In this document: positions 36,016 to 49,406 of the stretch, piece by piece | Numbering within the stretch: the first letter of the stretch is position 1 | Layout: the number at the start of each line of letters is the position of its first letter | Assembly (NCBI GenBank): GCA_905178155.1 | Contig: CAJINV010000014.1 | Coordinates: 527,040-591,039 of the forward strand | Direction of reading: 5' to 3' | From: Amoebophrya sp. A120 | Taxonomy: Eukaryota > Protista > Dinoflagellata | DNA: 64,000 nt | Made by a program: the position numbers and the translations under genes | Notes under the pieces: generated by a model | Database searches by the model: none | Told to the model about the DNA's origin: nothing | The model's input: only the letters and a program-made list of their open reading frames with translations

Positions 36016-38638
36016 TTTCCTTCTTTTTCTAGTGCGAGTGGCTGGAACCTGAAGTGGAACTCAAGGCGTTGGCGTTCTCGTTGTCGTTGTCGTGTTGAGT
36101 AGAAAATAAACAACGTGCCCGTCGCTGCCGGAAGCCGAAAAAGGGCTTTCGCTTTGCTGCGCTCCTTTGATGGGACAACGCTGCGGCGCTACGCAGAGGA
36201 AGTAGACCTAGACGTCGAGCCGGTGGAAGTAAAATGCTGCGACGTTGCGGCCCGCTCACCGCTTCGTTTCTTTGTCGTAGCTAAGACTTTTGAGAGCAGC
36301 GCAGGTAATGTTGGTTTTTCAACTTCATCTTCATCTCGTTCTCGGGGGGATCGCTCACAGAAGGATCTGCATCTGTGAGGTCTTGCTTTCTCTGTTGATT
36401 ATCGTCCGGGACACGGGAAGGAGGACGGAGAAGAGCGTGTTAGATGTGCTGCTGGTGAAGGAGCGAGCTGTAAAAAAACGGTATAAAAAAAAATTTCCAC
36501 TGCTCTCTTCGGGCATGGAGACCGATGTCGTGCTTGTGGAGGTCGTGACGTGGTGACTAATACATAGTCACGACTTCTGGTGCTGGAATGTCGGGACTGT
36601 CGATGCCGGCGTGGGTCAACAACTAGAAGTGGCACCAGGGGTCCTCGTCGACCTCTAGTACGACTTTTACTTCACGAACAGCACAAATTAAATTGTGAAA
36701 AAAAACGGCGATTCGAAATATTCAGCACGGACGTGGTCGTACGCAGGTCTTTTTGTCCAGGCTTCTGGGAGCAAGAGGACCTCCACCGCGGGCACCGAGG
36801 AAATCGGAATGATTTTTCAACGAAGCTCGAGCTCGTCAGGGGACCATTTTTGCTGCCGCGTCGCCAGCATAGTTGTGCTTGTCATTGGTTTTACTCATAT
36901 TCGCGTTTTTACTTCGTTGTGTCGGAGTAGAGTTCACAGATCTTCAAGTAAGGCCGCCGCGCAATCGGTTTAGATTGGTATTGGGAGATGTTGAGAGAGT
37001 CTCTAACTTTATCTGGTGTAGTGGTCTCTACGGTCTACTATTTTATTATTTGGAAATGGTGAAACACAAACAACTCCCATAAAAACAACCACTACAACTG
37101 TGTCGCTTTCTAGTCGCGCTGTCGCTGGTGCTGTTGATGTTTCGTAAGAATCATTTTCATTGCTGATCGTCTTCGTGCCATGCCATGTGCAAAATTGTTG
37201 TCTACATGATTACTGGCGCTGCTGGTGCGAAATCTTCAGACATTGTCGCCGTTTCAAGAACTACGAAATCATTGAGAGCAGCATAAGATATTTCTAGACC
37301 TGAACCTGTATTAACTTGTAACGCCTACTAAAAGCGCACCCGCACGGCAAGAACCCGTGTTGAAGGAGCGTCTATACACTATATTTGCGAAACAAAGAGA
37401 AAGAAAAACATCAGGAGGAGCACCGCGAGATTTGGTTGTGGTGGCATTTTCTCTTTCAACAACATCAAGTCATTGTCATTTTTGTTTCATCAATGGATTC
37501 GCGGCTTAGGAAGCACTTTGTAAAATTTTCTTCTACAGGTGATTTTTTCGAGCTGTACTATTGCGGAGCGCCGATTCAATAGGAAAATACAAAACAAAAG
37601 CAACGGGAAAAAAAAATTACGAGTTGAAGCACTACGCAGAGAAAACCTGTGCTGTTTTAGATCAAATCTCTTTTGCTTTTCGTTTTCCATTTTGTTTTCC
37701 GTAATTTGATTTTTTTGCGTCTCTCTATCACAGCAGATATTGATATTCTTTCAATTTGGAAAGAGACTAGTTCGAAGATGTCCCGCTGAACTACAACTTT
37801 GAGCGTCAAGGTCACCAGCATGAACAGGCTCCTTTGCAAACAGAAATTCATCTTCTTGTCGGACCCTAAAGCTTCTATTTTTTGGTTGTTCCATCATATT
37901 ACGACCAAAAGGCGCGCAGCTGTTTGCGTTTGGCGCCGAAAAAAAAACAACTTTTCTGGAATTTGGTGTGGTGTAGGAGTAGGTGCTATGGATTGTTTCC
38001 TCTTGTGTCTTGATCCACGACATCGACATGTTGCTGTCACTTACTTCTTTGTCACTGACATTGAGTTGACGAACACACGTAGAAGTTGCTCGATTTGTAC
38101 GGTTCCGCCGCCTTGGAAGAGCTACAAGAACAGCAGCTGTACGAGAGTACAAATGCTCGGGCGAAAGTGTGGCTTGCCACAACTGCGACCACGAAAATCT
38201 TCTCGAGTAGACTTTCACTTTACCAAACTTAGAGTTAGAATTGCTCCTGTCTCTGGTTTTTGTTAAAACTTCGTAGTACTTAATACTTCTCGATGGGGGT
38301 TGTACCTACTATGAAGAGTGCTTGTAGTAAGTATTTGCGCAAACTCCTGAACTTCCAGATGTTGATGGCTTGTTTTTTTGCAACTTGCGATCACAGCACC
38401 ACTGTCACTACTTTAGTACCAGATCATCTCTTCAGAAGATCATGTTGCTGGTGAGCGATTCATGGTTCTTGTTGACCACAAGGTCTTGTAGTAGTCGGTC
38501 TCATCGTGCTTCAGCTTCCTACTTCTGTTTCTTGAGTTCTTGTACTACTACATCAGTGCTACTCACTTTGTATTTGTACTAGTACAAGAAGTTGTACCCA
38601 AGAAGTACAACTACACATGAAAAATGCAATGGAAATTT

Positions 38639-41600
38639 TCAGCACATCAGCCCCTGTTCCAACTGTTGGATTTTGAAAAAGAGACTTTCGATTTTCTCTT
38701 TGGGTAGCATCCACTTCTCTAAAACCACCTGCCGGATCTTCTCCTCCACAAGCTTCAGCCGGTGTTCCCCCGCTCGTGCGATGTGCTCTTCTCGTCCCTG
38801 TTTGTTCTTCTGCGGGGCGTTTTTAGTTTCACTTTCATCTTCTCCCACGAAGACGTTCTCCGAATCGGACGCCGAACTATTGTTAGCCGACGAGGAAGAA
38901 CTCGAACTACTAGTACCGCACGCGGAAGTGGAACCACTAGAGGAGGCCGAGGATGAATTCCGAGGATGATGATGTTCTTGATCGTGCACAACTTCTACTT
39001 CGACGTCGTTCTTCATTTCTTCCTTTTCCTGCTCGTGTAGTTTCTGATCTGCTTCTCGCACGTAATCCACCGACTCCTCGCCCGACCGCACGCAGTAGTC
39101 CAGGATGCGGTAGAGCTCCTCGCCTACAACTTCCGCGTCCTTGCTTAGATTCGTTTCCACGTCCTGGATGCACAGGCACAGCTGCTCCTCGATGATCTGA
39201 AACAAGCCGAGCTTCAGCTGGATCTGCGCCTCGAGCAGGAGGGAATTTTGGCTCGTCAGAGGGCTCGACGTCGTGGGGGCAGAAGTCTTTCTGTTGCTAG
39301 TCGTTGGAGATGAGGGCGGGGAGGCGGAGACGTCGTCGGCCGCGACGGCGCCAACCGGAGGAGGAGGCGGCGTTGGTGTTGTGGCTTGTTGTCCACTAGG
39401 TCGTGCGCTCCTGGTGCTGCTGTGCATACTCGCATCGGCGCCAGTTTTTTCTGTGCGCGACTGCTCTTTCGCCGTCTCATTTTGTTCATCTGGTGCGCAT
39501 TTCTGCTTTTGAGCCGGGGAAGATGATGGTATCGTTTTTCCAGGCTCTTGTTCTACTGCCGAGGTGGCTGGACGAAGTGTCTGCTCGTGATCAACATCTT
39601 CTGGAGCGGTGACTTTTGGTGTCGGAGCGGCCGCCGCGCCCGCGGTGCTGGGCTTCATATCTTTAATATTCGGCCCTTCTCTTTCTTGCGCAGCACCACC
39701 TTGATGTAGTTCGGTCGCATCAAGAACAGAATTTTTTGGCCCTGCATGATCCGTTTGGTCGTGCGCCTTCACGACCTCTTCATCGCGCTTGGTTGTCGAG
39801 GAGTTTTTCGCTCGAGTGGCCGATAATAGTGGCACCTTTGTTACTTCTGCTCCTTTTCCTGCACAAGCTCCTGCAGCAGTCGGGGCCTCTTCAGAGGGGG
39901 CATATACTTCTTGACGAGGGGATGAAGCAGGCACGGATGAAGGTGGAACTGGAACTGGATCTGGATTATTTGATGCGTCATTTTTAGCATCGCTCGCTTT
40001 ATCTGGTACACGACCACTAGCACCAGATACTGAAAGCACTACATCATCAACCGCGGCCGTAGTACACGACGAACCTGCATCAGGAGAGCTACTGTCTTTC
40101 ACCGTGTCTCTCTGCGACGCGGCGGGGCTGGGAGCGTCGTTGCAGGAGCTTCGGGTCTCCGTGGCGGGGCTGTGAAAAACCTCCGAGGAGGGAGCGCGGA
40201 TCAGGTCTTGCTCTTCGTCTGGGTCCTCGCGTTCCTTCTCCGCTTGTGGTTTACTTTCTTCCAGATCTGCAGTTTTCCTTTCTTCTGCTTCTACTCTAGG
40301 AACATGTCCATGATCTTGTTCCCCTTGCTTTTTTGCTGTTTCATTCTCTCCCCCCGGGCCAAGGTCAACAGCGTCGTCTTGTACCTCAAAGGAGTCTGGC
40401 ATGACAAATCCTTCCGGAAACAGGGTGACTGGAGTATCCTTTAACTTTGCTTCCTTTTCACGATGATCATTTTCTTTCGCACCCTTTATTTCCACCACGA
40501 CTTCTTCACTCGGGCCTGCAGCTTCAGATGAACTGGGCGTGGTTTTTTCTGCACCAGCACTGCAAAATTCTCGTGCTGCCCCTGCGGATGTCAACCAGCG
40601 AAACAGGGCTTGCGCCTCCGCCACGGTCTTCCCCTCCTTGTTTTCCCACACCCGGCCGCAACTCGTTACCCACGCGTTGCTGTTTTCCTGCTTCGTAAAA
40701 GTCCATTTTTTGTCGCAGGCGGGGGCGCAGGCACAGGCTACGGTGACGCTGATCGGAGCCCCCGCAGCTTTCTCGTGAATTTTTACGTCTGCGGTCGTCG
40801 TGGTCTGTTCGCCATTCTTCTTGTTGCCTCCTCCTGGTGTCGTGGTTTCTTCTTGCCCCTCGACCGTCTTTCCGCCTTCTAAAAATGCTTGTCCTCGACC
40901 TTCCGGTCCACCTGCAGCTGGTTGTACTACTGCTTCTGAATGTGAACAAGAAAGCGACTTTATTTCCCCCCGTTTCCACTTTTCCACTTCACTCCGCCGC
41001 ATGGACTCTAGATACACAAAGAACAGGTCGCAAAACTTCATGAGCAACTTTTCCCCGACCTTTTTCTCGCACTCCTCGTTTGTCTTGCCGCCGAAAAAGT
41101 TCTTCCCGCACTTCTCCCGCACGAGCTTTCGCAGCTTGGCCCGGTTTATCAAATGGAGAAGTGTCTGGGTCTGGAAGAGTCATGCTGCTTCTGCATGACG
41201 CAGAAGGTTTGGCATGGAAGCTCTAGCATCACAGGTTTCGAGAAGCTTCCGCAATGCCGAATCCGCATGACAAATCCGCCATCTTGGTGACAGCAAGCGA
41301 GCAGCTTTTGCTGCCTACTTATGCATCAGAGATTTTTGTGTGTTCTGAAATGCGCATCACAAGTTACATCCTTCCAGACCCAGACATCTTTGCACTTGAT
41401 ACGGTTTTTCTTCAGCAACTGCCGTTCCTGCTCCTTTAGGTTCTTCAGCTTTTGCTTCTCTACCTTCTGTATGCATCGCAAAAGTATCGCACGTAGTAGA
41501 CATCGCATGACAAATGTTTATTTCAAGAGCAGGAAGGCGATTTGTCATGGTAGATCAGGTAGAAAATATTTATATTGTGTGATGCATGAGTAAAATTGGA

Positions 41601-43131
41601 ATTGCTATTGGTACGATACTTTTGCAAGAATGCATATTCTGTTCCTCTTCCTTCTGCCGTGCGGTTTTCTTCTGCTTCTCCACCTCCGCCCGCTTCTTCA
41701 ATTCCTCTGACTCCTGTTTCTGCTGCTCCTCGTACCGCCGCCTTTCGTACCGCAGATTGAGTTATGAACTGCAAAAGTATCGTACTCGTATAAATGCATT
41801 ACAAATTTTCTCGGCATGAGAAATAAAATTTGTAATGCGGATTTGACTTGAGAAAGAAATTTGTAATGCATGATTGCAATACGAGTACGATACTTTTGCA
41901 CAGGATATGAGTTCCATGTGCTGCTTCTGCGAGATTCGGTTGGCTTATGACAGTGCACAACTCCCCCTCCCGCCCCTCATTTGTCATGCAAAAATCCCCA
42001 ATCCGATTGCTGCGCTGTGGGACTGTTTGCATGACAAATTCCGAAGCCCGATAACTACAGTACTACACTAGGCGCATGAACTTGTCATGCACAGTTTCCC
42101 TGTGTGTTAGTGTTTGTATCGCTGTTCATGCGATACAAATGAGGGGGACGTCTTGGGGGAGTTGTGCACTCTCATATTGCTTCCTCCCGGATCTGCCGCT
42201 GGCGCTCGTACCGGGCCCGCAGTTCCTCGCTGGCCTCCTCGCCGTAGAACAAGTCCCATATGCATTGCAAATATGTCTGGGTCTGGGAACTTGTGATGCT
42301 GGTTTGCGAAACAAGAGAACGCCAGAAACAGAATCAGAAATGACGTCTCAGCATGACAGGTTTTTGAGTCGCTACGTGTTGCCTATTCTGCATGAGAAAC
42401 TGGGTTTTTACACCATGACATAAAAGTGGCGCTTTTGGGTACCTTGCATGACAGACTAGACAGTCATGCTAGCAGAGCATGACAAACGAGGCAGTTTTGC
42501 AGACCCAGATGACATATGTGCAACGCATATCCCAGAAGACTTTGTCAAAGTTTCGGTAGGCCGACTTTGCCCCCATGGGGGGCATCTTCGGGTCGAAGTA
42601 ACTGAACACGTAGGGGCCGTGGGGTCCCTGCGCGGTGCGGGATTGCATGTACTGGCCGAAGAGGTCGTAAAAGTCCTGCATGTCGCGCTCCACGTCGGGC
42701 TCTTCGTTCCCCAGGGCGATGTCCTTCGCTTTGTTCAACAGCTGAAACTCCTTAGTCGCCGCTCGCCTCTCCCTCTCCGGGTGCTTATCCGGGTGCTTCT
42801 GCAGCGCGAGCTGCCGGTAGGCCTTGCGGATTTGGTCCTCGCTCGGGTTGCTCAGCGGGTTCAGACCGAGCCGCCCCAGCGCCTCCTGTTTGCTCATGAT
42901 CTTGTTTATATTCGTATTGTTCCCGCTGGTGCTGGTGCTGCCCGATGTGGAGGTAGGTCCTCCACCTGCTGCGGAGTTCATCTTCGGGTCGTCTTTGTTT
43001 GTCGTGCCCGCCGCGACCCCGCTCCTGCCTTGGGCAGGCGGTGATGAAGTTGGGGAAGAAGAAGCACCGGACGTCGGGGTCAGGTTCTTGGCAGTGGCCT
43101 TCGCAAAGCTACTGATCCCGGCGTGTTTCAT
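38639..43131 (-). CDS. J-domain (DnaJ type III/DNAJC-like) protein with coiled-coil and long low-complexity tail, ~1132 aa, 6 exons; all 5 introns are introners
   Basis: LGL....SEDQIRKAYRQLALQKHPDKHPE...ATKEFQLLNKA with HPD motif; 3399 nt in frame after removing elements + TSDs. Confidence 0.82.
41147..41401. mobile_element. Introner family D (255 bp)
   Basis: Family D TIR; TSD CGGTT; very similar to 49832-50085. Confidence 0.9.
41470..41636. mobile_element. Introner family E (167 bp)
   Basis: Family E TIR; TSD TTCTG. Confidence 0.87.
41763..41907. mobile_element. Introner family E (145 bp)
   Basis: Family E TIR; TSD TGAGT. Confidence 0.9.
41946..42176. mobile_element. Introner family I, copy 2 (231 bp)
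   Basis: Family I TIR; flanks TGGCT/TTGCT; removal gives EEANRISQK. Confidence 0.87.
42259..42529. mobile_element. Introner family D (271 bp)
   Basis: Family D TIR; TSD TCCCA; removal gives VFWDLFYGEE. Confidence 0.88.
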
Positions 43132-44287
43132 CCTCGATTTATTGAGCTGGAATTATGAAGAAACTGACTTAAGCAGTACAACTACCACCGGAGGGTCGTG
43201 TAGGTCTTGCTTAGTTTTGTGGGCTGTGAGCAGGAGCAGGTTGTAGAAAATAAACTGCAAAAATCTCGTCCGGGCGTACGTGTCCTCCTACTCTGGAGGA
43301 TTTTGCAGAAGTGGCACTTTTCTGCAACTCCTATGTAGTAGGTACTAGTTTTTTTGTATGTACATCCATGTCAGCTAGTAGCTGCAACTGCAAGTTGAAT
43401 ATATTTATGAAAATGCAGAAAACTACTATTTCCGGTTACAGAGAAGATGCGATGGGTGATGTGCAGCTACTGCTACGTCTAAGAAGTATGTCGACTACAT
43501 GGGGTCGTCGTGGGGTCGTCAGATAGGTAAGATGAGGTTCTGTATTTTGGAAAAAAATACGATAGGAATAGGCACATATGCGCATCGCCGAACGATGGAT
43601 TGGCAAACCTACGTGAAAGTATTATGAGTTGTACCGAAAACCAAGAGAACGACAACGAGCAACTGGAAGCTTCACGATGACATGCATCAATTATCCAGCT
43701 GTACACGAGACCACAGAAACCGACGGAGGTGAAAGCACATCAAAGCACGACGGCGAGGAGCTTGTTGCACGATGTTGACAATTACAAACGACAAGCTGGC
43801 AGGCTCATACGCACGAAGTACTTGTTTTTGGGACGTACGAACAACTACACAACCGATGTGCAGTATGGGAAACATCACTAGCACTACACATCAAATTGAC
43901 CGAAATTAATTTCAACACTTCTGAGCGCATCATTCCAATAGACGTAATACCGAGCGATCTGAAGATGACGATGGGCAATCCTCTACTTCTTGTTCTCAAT
44001 GTCTTCTATTGGAGCAGTGTTCCCGAGGACCTATCCGACGAGCGAAAGGACGATGAAGACGAACAAGATGAAAAATGGAAATAGTCCATGGTGAAAGTAG
44101 CTAAAGCTTAAGCCTCACATTTACATATAGCAGCCACCTGCTGCACTGTTCATTCTTTCTTGATTCAGCGTTATCACAACAAAAATTACTTTCTTATTCT
44201 GCATGGAAATGAACGTAAGAGTAGAAGAGGATAGAGATGAGACTGTCCCTGTGCAGCCGCAACTGACGAAATAACCACAAGCCCTCG

Positions 44288-47200
44288 CTAGATAACTGGC
44301 GCCGTGGTGAACCGGAAGAGCTGCGAAAAGAAAAACGTGGCAAAAGTGGATGCGAGGCAGACCACATTGAAGGGCATGGAAAAGTCTGGCATCTGCACCA
44401 TCACAAGGGCACCGGTTGTGAAGAAGATTTCTTGATGTTCTTGTGCGTCAGCTGGAGCAGCTTCTTGTGGCACGAGCAGCGTATCAACAGGCTTATTTCT
44501 GTCGCTATTTATTCGAAGAGATGGAGTCGCACTTCTCGTGACGATTTGCCACGCAGCGGACCCCACATCGAAGCCCTTTTCACTGGCAAAGGAGAAATCG
44601 TCCGTATGCACAAACCGCTTGACCAGGTGGACGGTGAAAGTTGTCATGCTCCCTCCTCGTCCAACAGCAACATTTGGTACGAAGAAATCAAACACCAGCT
44701 GCCCCTTTTTCTCTCTGCGAGCGCGGAGACGCAGTTGCACTTTGTCCAGTGCTCTCTCGGCACTGTAGGTCTGTTCAGTTTCTTCAACGTCTCGCGTTTG
44801 TTCTACTTCTTCTTCTACCAGAGCTCCTGCTGGTGAACTACTTCTACTCTTCACCACCACCATAGACGTGCTCCACAGGGGTTGCAAGAAGTAGGGTAGC
44901 GACTCGGTGACCGTAATGCCGGAGATAGTGGGATAGTGAGATGTTGAGCTCCTGCGACCACTAGTGGTCTCGTCTCCAACTACAGTTTGTCGTTGTGCCG
45001 CTAGGTGCCGGTCTCTACTTTCAGGCGTAGTTGCTCTTCCTTTTGTTTTTTCCTCTCGTCCTTCATGACCATGATACCCCCCTGTTACAGCGACGTCGCC
45101 ATCTAATACCTCCTGTGAAGTAGTAGACCACGTTCCTTCCGGAAACAGCACTTGAAACCGCCACAGGCCGTCACTTCTGGGGGACCCCTGCGCCCCCGGC
45201 AAGATTTGACGTATCACGGTCGGGGAGACAACTTCGTTTTCGGCGATAACGATACGATGGCCGCTTTTAATATTTCTTGCTGCCTCACCTTCTGTATCAA
45301 CATGCACTTGGCCTCCAGCACCAGAGGCAGAAGCTGAGGAGCTGCCCACAACCTGTCCGTCTTCTGCAACGGTCGTGGGCGATAGTGATTCGTTCCTTCG
45401 TGTGGCCGGCGCACCACTGGCGCCTTCGTCACGCTGCTCTTGATGAAGCTTTTCCTGGTTCTTCTCGGAAATAGAGTTATTTCTAGCAGCACTACCAGTT
45501 CTTGCCACGAGCGTTCTCGCAGCTGAAGGTGAAGATGCTCCACCTTGCAGCATCCCACGCAGGTCCGCGACGGTGAGCGATTCTAGATGTGGTCTAGGGT
45601 AGTAGTTCTGGGCTCTTGTTCTTCTGCTCGTGGCTCCTTTACTAGCGTCCCCGTGTTCCTGATCTTCGACTTCTTGCACTTCGACGTTTGGTTTAGTAGT
45701 TCGGTTCCATCGACTTCGCAGCAATGCGGCGCTAACCTCATCCAGGGAATGAGTCGTAGAAGAAATAATCAGAGAAGTCGCAGCTCCTGCAGCAGAAGTG
45801 GAAGGAACAAGTGGGCTTTCAACGATTACCGTCGGCGGAAACTTGCTCGCGGAGCATGGGCGAAAGGATGAAAGCCGATTTCTTGCAGAAGTTCTTGTTG
45901 GTCTTGCTGCAGTCGTAGTCGCTGATGCGTTCTTATCAACATTTCGACGTAGCTCTTCATAGCTACGCAAGCTTCCGATGATATCCTGCACCACCAGTGC
46001 CTCCATTTCCGGTCGCTTCAACACTGCCGTTAGCGCCAATTCGACCCTGCCCTGGCGCGTAGCCTTGAACGTGAGCGAGAAATATCGTGCGCGGGCAAAG
46101 GTGAGACTTCGTTCCTTGCCGCCCAAAAATTGCGCGATGCCCGCCTCCTTGCGGCAGGGCAGCAAGCGGAGCCAGGGAGTCAGGTTCTCGGTGCACACTG
46201 GCTCGTAGGGAAGGGTCATGTAAAACCGCCGCCGCGGTGGGGCAGCACGACGAGTAGGCAAATCTATTTCCTCTGGAGGAGGTGGGGCTGCTGTTCCTGT
46301 TGCTGCTCTCGCGGTTTCGTGTTTCCTCAAGGATTTTTTTGGCAAATTGACACCGCCGGTCGTGTGCTGCAAAATCTCCACGGGTTGAATCCACTCGTAC
46401 CCGGTATGCCCCGTGTCCATGGCTTCAAAAGACGCACGCGTATCAAGTGCAAAAGCTGTATCGCACTCGTTCGTATCAATATACTGCTTTTTCTTTAAAA
46501 TAAAACATTGATCTCGGTCTGAAACTGAAAGAAACTACTGAACTCTAGCACTCCAAGCTAGCACCATTTCTCAACTTTGCGGGAATAAAACTCCTTGCTG
46601 TCATGCAGATTCTACTAGTGCGATATTAGCGATACTTTATTTCCCATGCGTAGCACAGCAGCCCAGACAGCTGAAACACGAGCTTGCTCCAATCCAAGGA
46701 GGACACGGAGGTCGCAAGAAGCGTTGCACCGGGAGGGAAGGTTGGAAAGTTGAGTTTCATGCTTCTTTTCGGAGCTGCACTCCTGTTATCAACCTCGTTT
46801 ACTACTACCCGTCCTTGCGTTAGAGACGCCTCAAACTCCTGCAGGTTGGCATCGGAGGCAAAAATCTGCTCCAGCGCTTTCTGTTGAAATGGTGAAGTAG
46901 ATGATGATGATGATGATGATGATAACGGTCCTCGTAATGTTGAAGGGTCTTCACCACCGTTCGCGCCGGACGATGCTGCCTTGTTATCTTCTGATGACGA
47001 AAAGGACGACCTGGTGACAGCATGATCTGTAGTAGAACTTGAACTGCAGGTGCCGGCCGGGGTTTTGCTGCTCCGTGTGTTATCTGTAACTGTCGCAAAT
47101 TGCAGACGGACGAGGAACTCCTCGTCGTTGTTTCCTTCCGTCGAGTCGAATTTCAATTTGTTGGTATCTTCTTGATCTCGTCGCTCATTTCGACCGAGTG

Positions 47201-47432
47201 AGTCATAATTCTTCAATGCCCCCGCCAGGTCAAAAACATCATGATCGTGGTCCGACTGCGAACTTCGCAAACCACCGAGTGGCTTCACGGACACTGTTTC
47301 CTCGAACTGTGGTGGGCGTCGTCGAGGTCGCGCAGCTGCGTTCTTGTTCCCTGCACAGTCTGCTAATCCAACACTGGCTCCTGCAGCAACGAGCTGCAAA
47401 AATCGCTTTGAGAAGAAGACGAAGATCATCAT
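44288..47432 (-). CDS. PIGT: GPI transamidase subunit PIG-T/Gpi16, ~975 aa, 2 exons
   Basis: Signal-like N-terminus; LSGLLCASF across the junction, LPYEPVCTENLTPWLRLLPC and C-terminal PDFSMPFNVVCL + transmembrane segment, all PIG-T hallmarks. Confidence 0.88.
46441..46652. mobile_element. Introner family E, old degenerate copy (212 bp)
   Basis: TATCAAGTGCAAAAGCTGTATCGCACTCG left end; eroded right end and TSD (ACGCG/GCACA); removal of element + 5 bp recreates conserved LLCASF. Confidence 0.75.
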
Positions 47433-48358
47433 AATTATGCACAGGATCTGATGCCCGGTCGTGCACAACGACAGGCTATGTCGAGGTTTGGAGGAACAAG
47501 TGACAACGCGTTCGATTTGTGTCCTCTTCCGATCTTGTCCTCGTTCATCTAGTGATATTAGTGTGGTAAGACTTCTTCTAAGATGTTTCGTGCAGTAGTA
47601 AAATTGTTCAAATAGAACGAATGCTTGACTGCATACGCAACTACTGCCAAAAGCAATTAGATCGTCCACGCAAATCGAGCCTAACCGTAGAAGCAAGCTC
47701 GAATAAGGACTTACTACAGACTGTGACTGAATCTGATGAGTCCGAGTGATACGAAGCGATAGCGAAAGCGACTACAGTTACGCATAATTGATGATGATGT
47801 ACTGCGTAAAAGATAGAAAAAGAAATGATAGGGCAACATTCTCCGGACGAGAGGGAGCTCTGCGAAGTGTGACCACCCTAGAACGCGCAAACAAAAGACA
47901 GCGCCGGCAGGCTGTGCAGCGGGCCCATGCGCAAAAAGCAAGAACAAAAGTTTAAAATCTACAAGAACGACCACCAGAGGCCCGACCACCATCATCGAAA
48001 ATAAAATCAGGAGACAAAAACTTTTTTATTCTGAAAGAACCAAACGCGAACGGACAAATAAGTCAAATGGAAGCTATGTTCCCAAGTTCACAACAAGCAG
48101 ACTTCTATGTATAGTTGTAACAATACCAAACCACTCACGACCGAAAAAATCAATCTTCCAACGTCGTTCATGACAAAAAGCGCGTAAGTACGCGTGCTTA
48201 TTGAGCTCGCCCGAAACAAATATCAGAAGCCCCCGCACCACGGCCACATCAAAACGACGGAATAAATCCGAAAAAATACCCCACTGACTTCGGTCTCGGT
48301 GGACATGTCCACATAAAATCAAAATGAATATGGGCATTGTTGTTGCATTCGACATGGT

Positions 48359-49150
48359 GCTTCTACTGCCGCTTCTTGGCCAAAAATTTTAGGTAGACTT
48401 TAGGGGTTGAAAGAATTAAGGTTTTGGTCAAGGTTTTGATTTGCGATTTTTCATTTTTTTTCTCTTCGCCCTGAATGGAAAAGGAAGGCGCAGACCATCC
48501 AGCCGAAAAAGCTCGCTGCGCCGATATCAACATCTCGGCCGGTATCCAGACCAGCAGAAGTCGGTCAAAATGGAGGCCACGCGCTTGCTGCTTTCAACCT
48601 CTCCCCCGGGTGAATACGATGAAGCCGCGGCGGCATTTCTCTCGGCTTCTGCTGACCTGGACTGCTGGCCAAGCTATTAACCTCGATACCTCCCCAGAAG
48701 AACCCCAGACGCATGCCATCCGCCGCGGGGTATTTGGGACGCCGGGCTGCTGGGCCGGCTTCTCCGCCCCCAGATCTCATCCCGCGGTGGTGCGTAGCGG
48801 GGCCCGGGGGAAGAGGCTGAGCAGCTGCGGGCTTGCCCGGCTGGAGGTTTGGCCGGGTCCCGATTGCCGCCATGGCGGCAAGTTCTCGGCAAAGCCTTCT
48901 CGTGACAAAAGCGCACCAGAATGGAAGCAGGTTCTGATTTTTTCCGGGAGCTTTCCCCAGGCTAAAGCTTACGCCTTTGCCCTTGCTTTGGCCCCCCCCC
49001 CTGTTGGCCGAACTTGCGGGCCTAAACTAGGCCGACACAGGCGCCCATATCTTGGCCGGGCGGCCTGCCTTTTCCTGCGGGTTCCCTGGGACAAATGGCA
49101 GGGCCCCCGGCTTCTACTGCCGCTTCTTGGCCAAAAGTTTTAGGTAGACT
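48359..49150. repeat. ~710-bp largely GC-rich segment bounded by 41-bp direct repeats; probable inserted element
   Basis: GCTTCTACTGCCGCTTCTTGGCCAAAA(A/G)TTTTAGGTAGACT at 48359-48399 and 49110-49150, one mismatch. Confidence 0.7.
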
Positions 49151-49406
49151 AGAAAGTAAAAGGTCAGAAGAGGTAGCTGCTCGTCACGAATTTCCGATTA
49201 TTGAAAATGATGAAAAAACGAGGTCTTTGATGTTCCCGCGCAGCCAGTGCTAAGCAGTTCTTTGTCTGTTTTGGGTGTAGTGCCATCATCTGTTTTTTGA
49301 TTTTGCATGTTGTGTTTCAAAAATAGTTGTACTTATGTCCATCACCACTCCCATTTGACGCCAGCATACGTCGATGACAATCTTGTAAACTGATTCTTTT
49401 ACTTTT

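Noticed and set aside
36016-38638. Possible RNA genes or dinoflagellate spliced-leader relics in intergenic DNA
   Set aside because: No tRNA, rRNA or CCGTAGCCATTTTGGCTCAAG-like match seen by eye; a covariance-model search would be needed.
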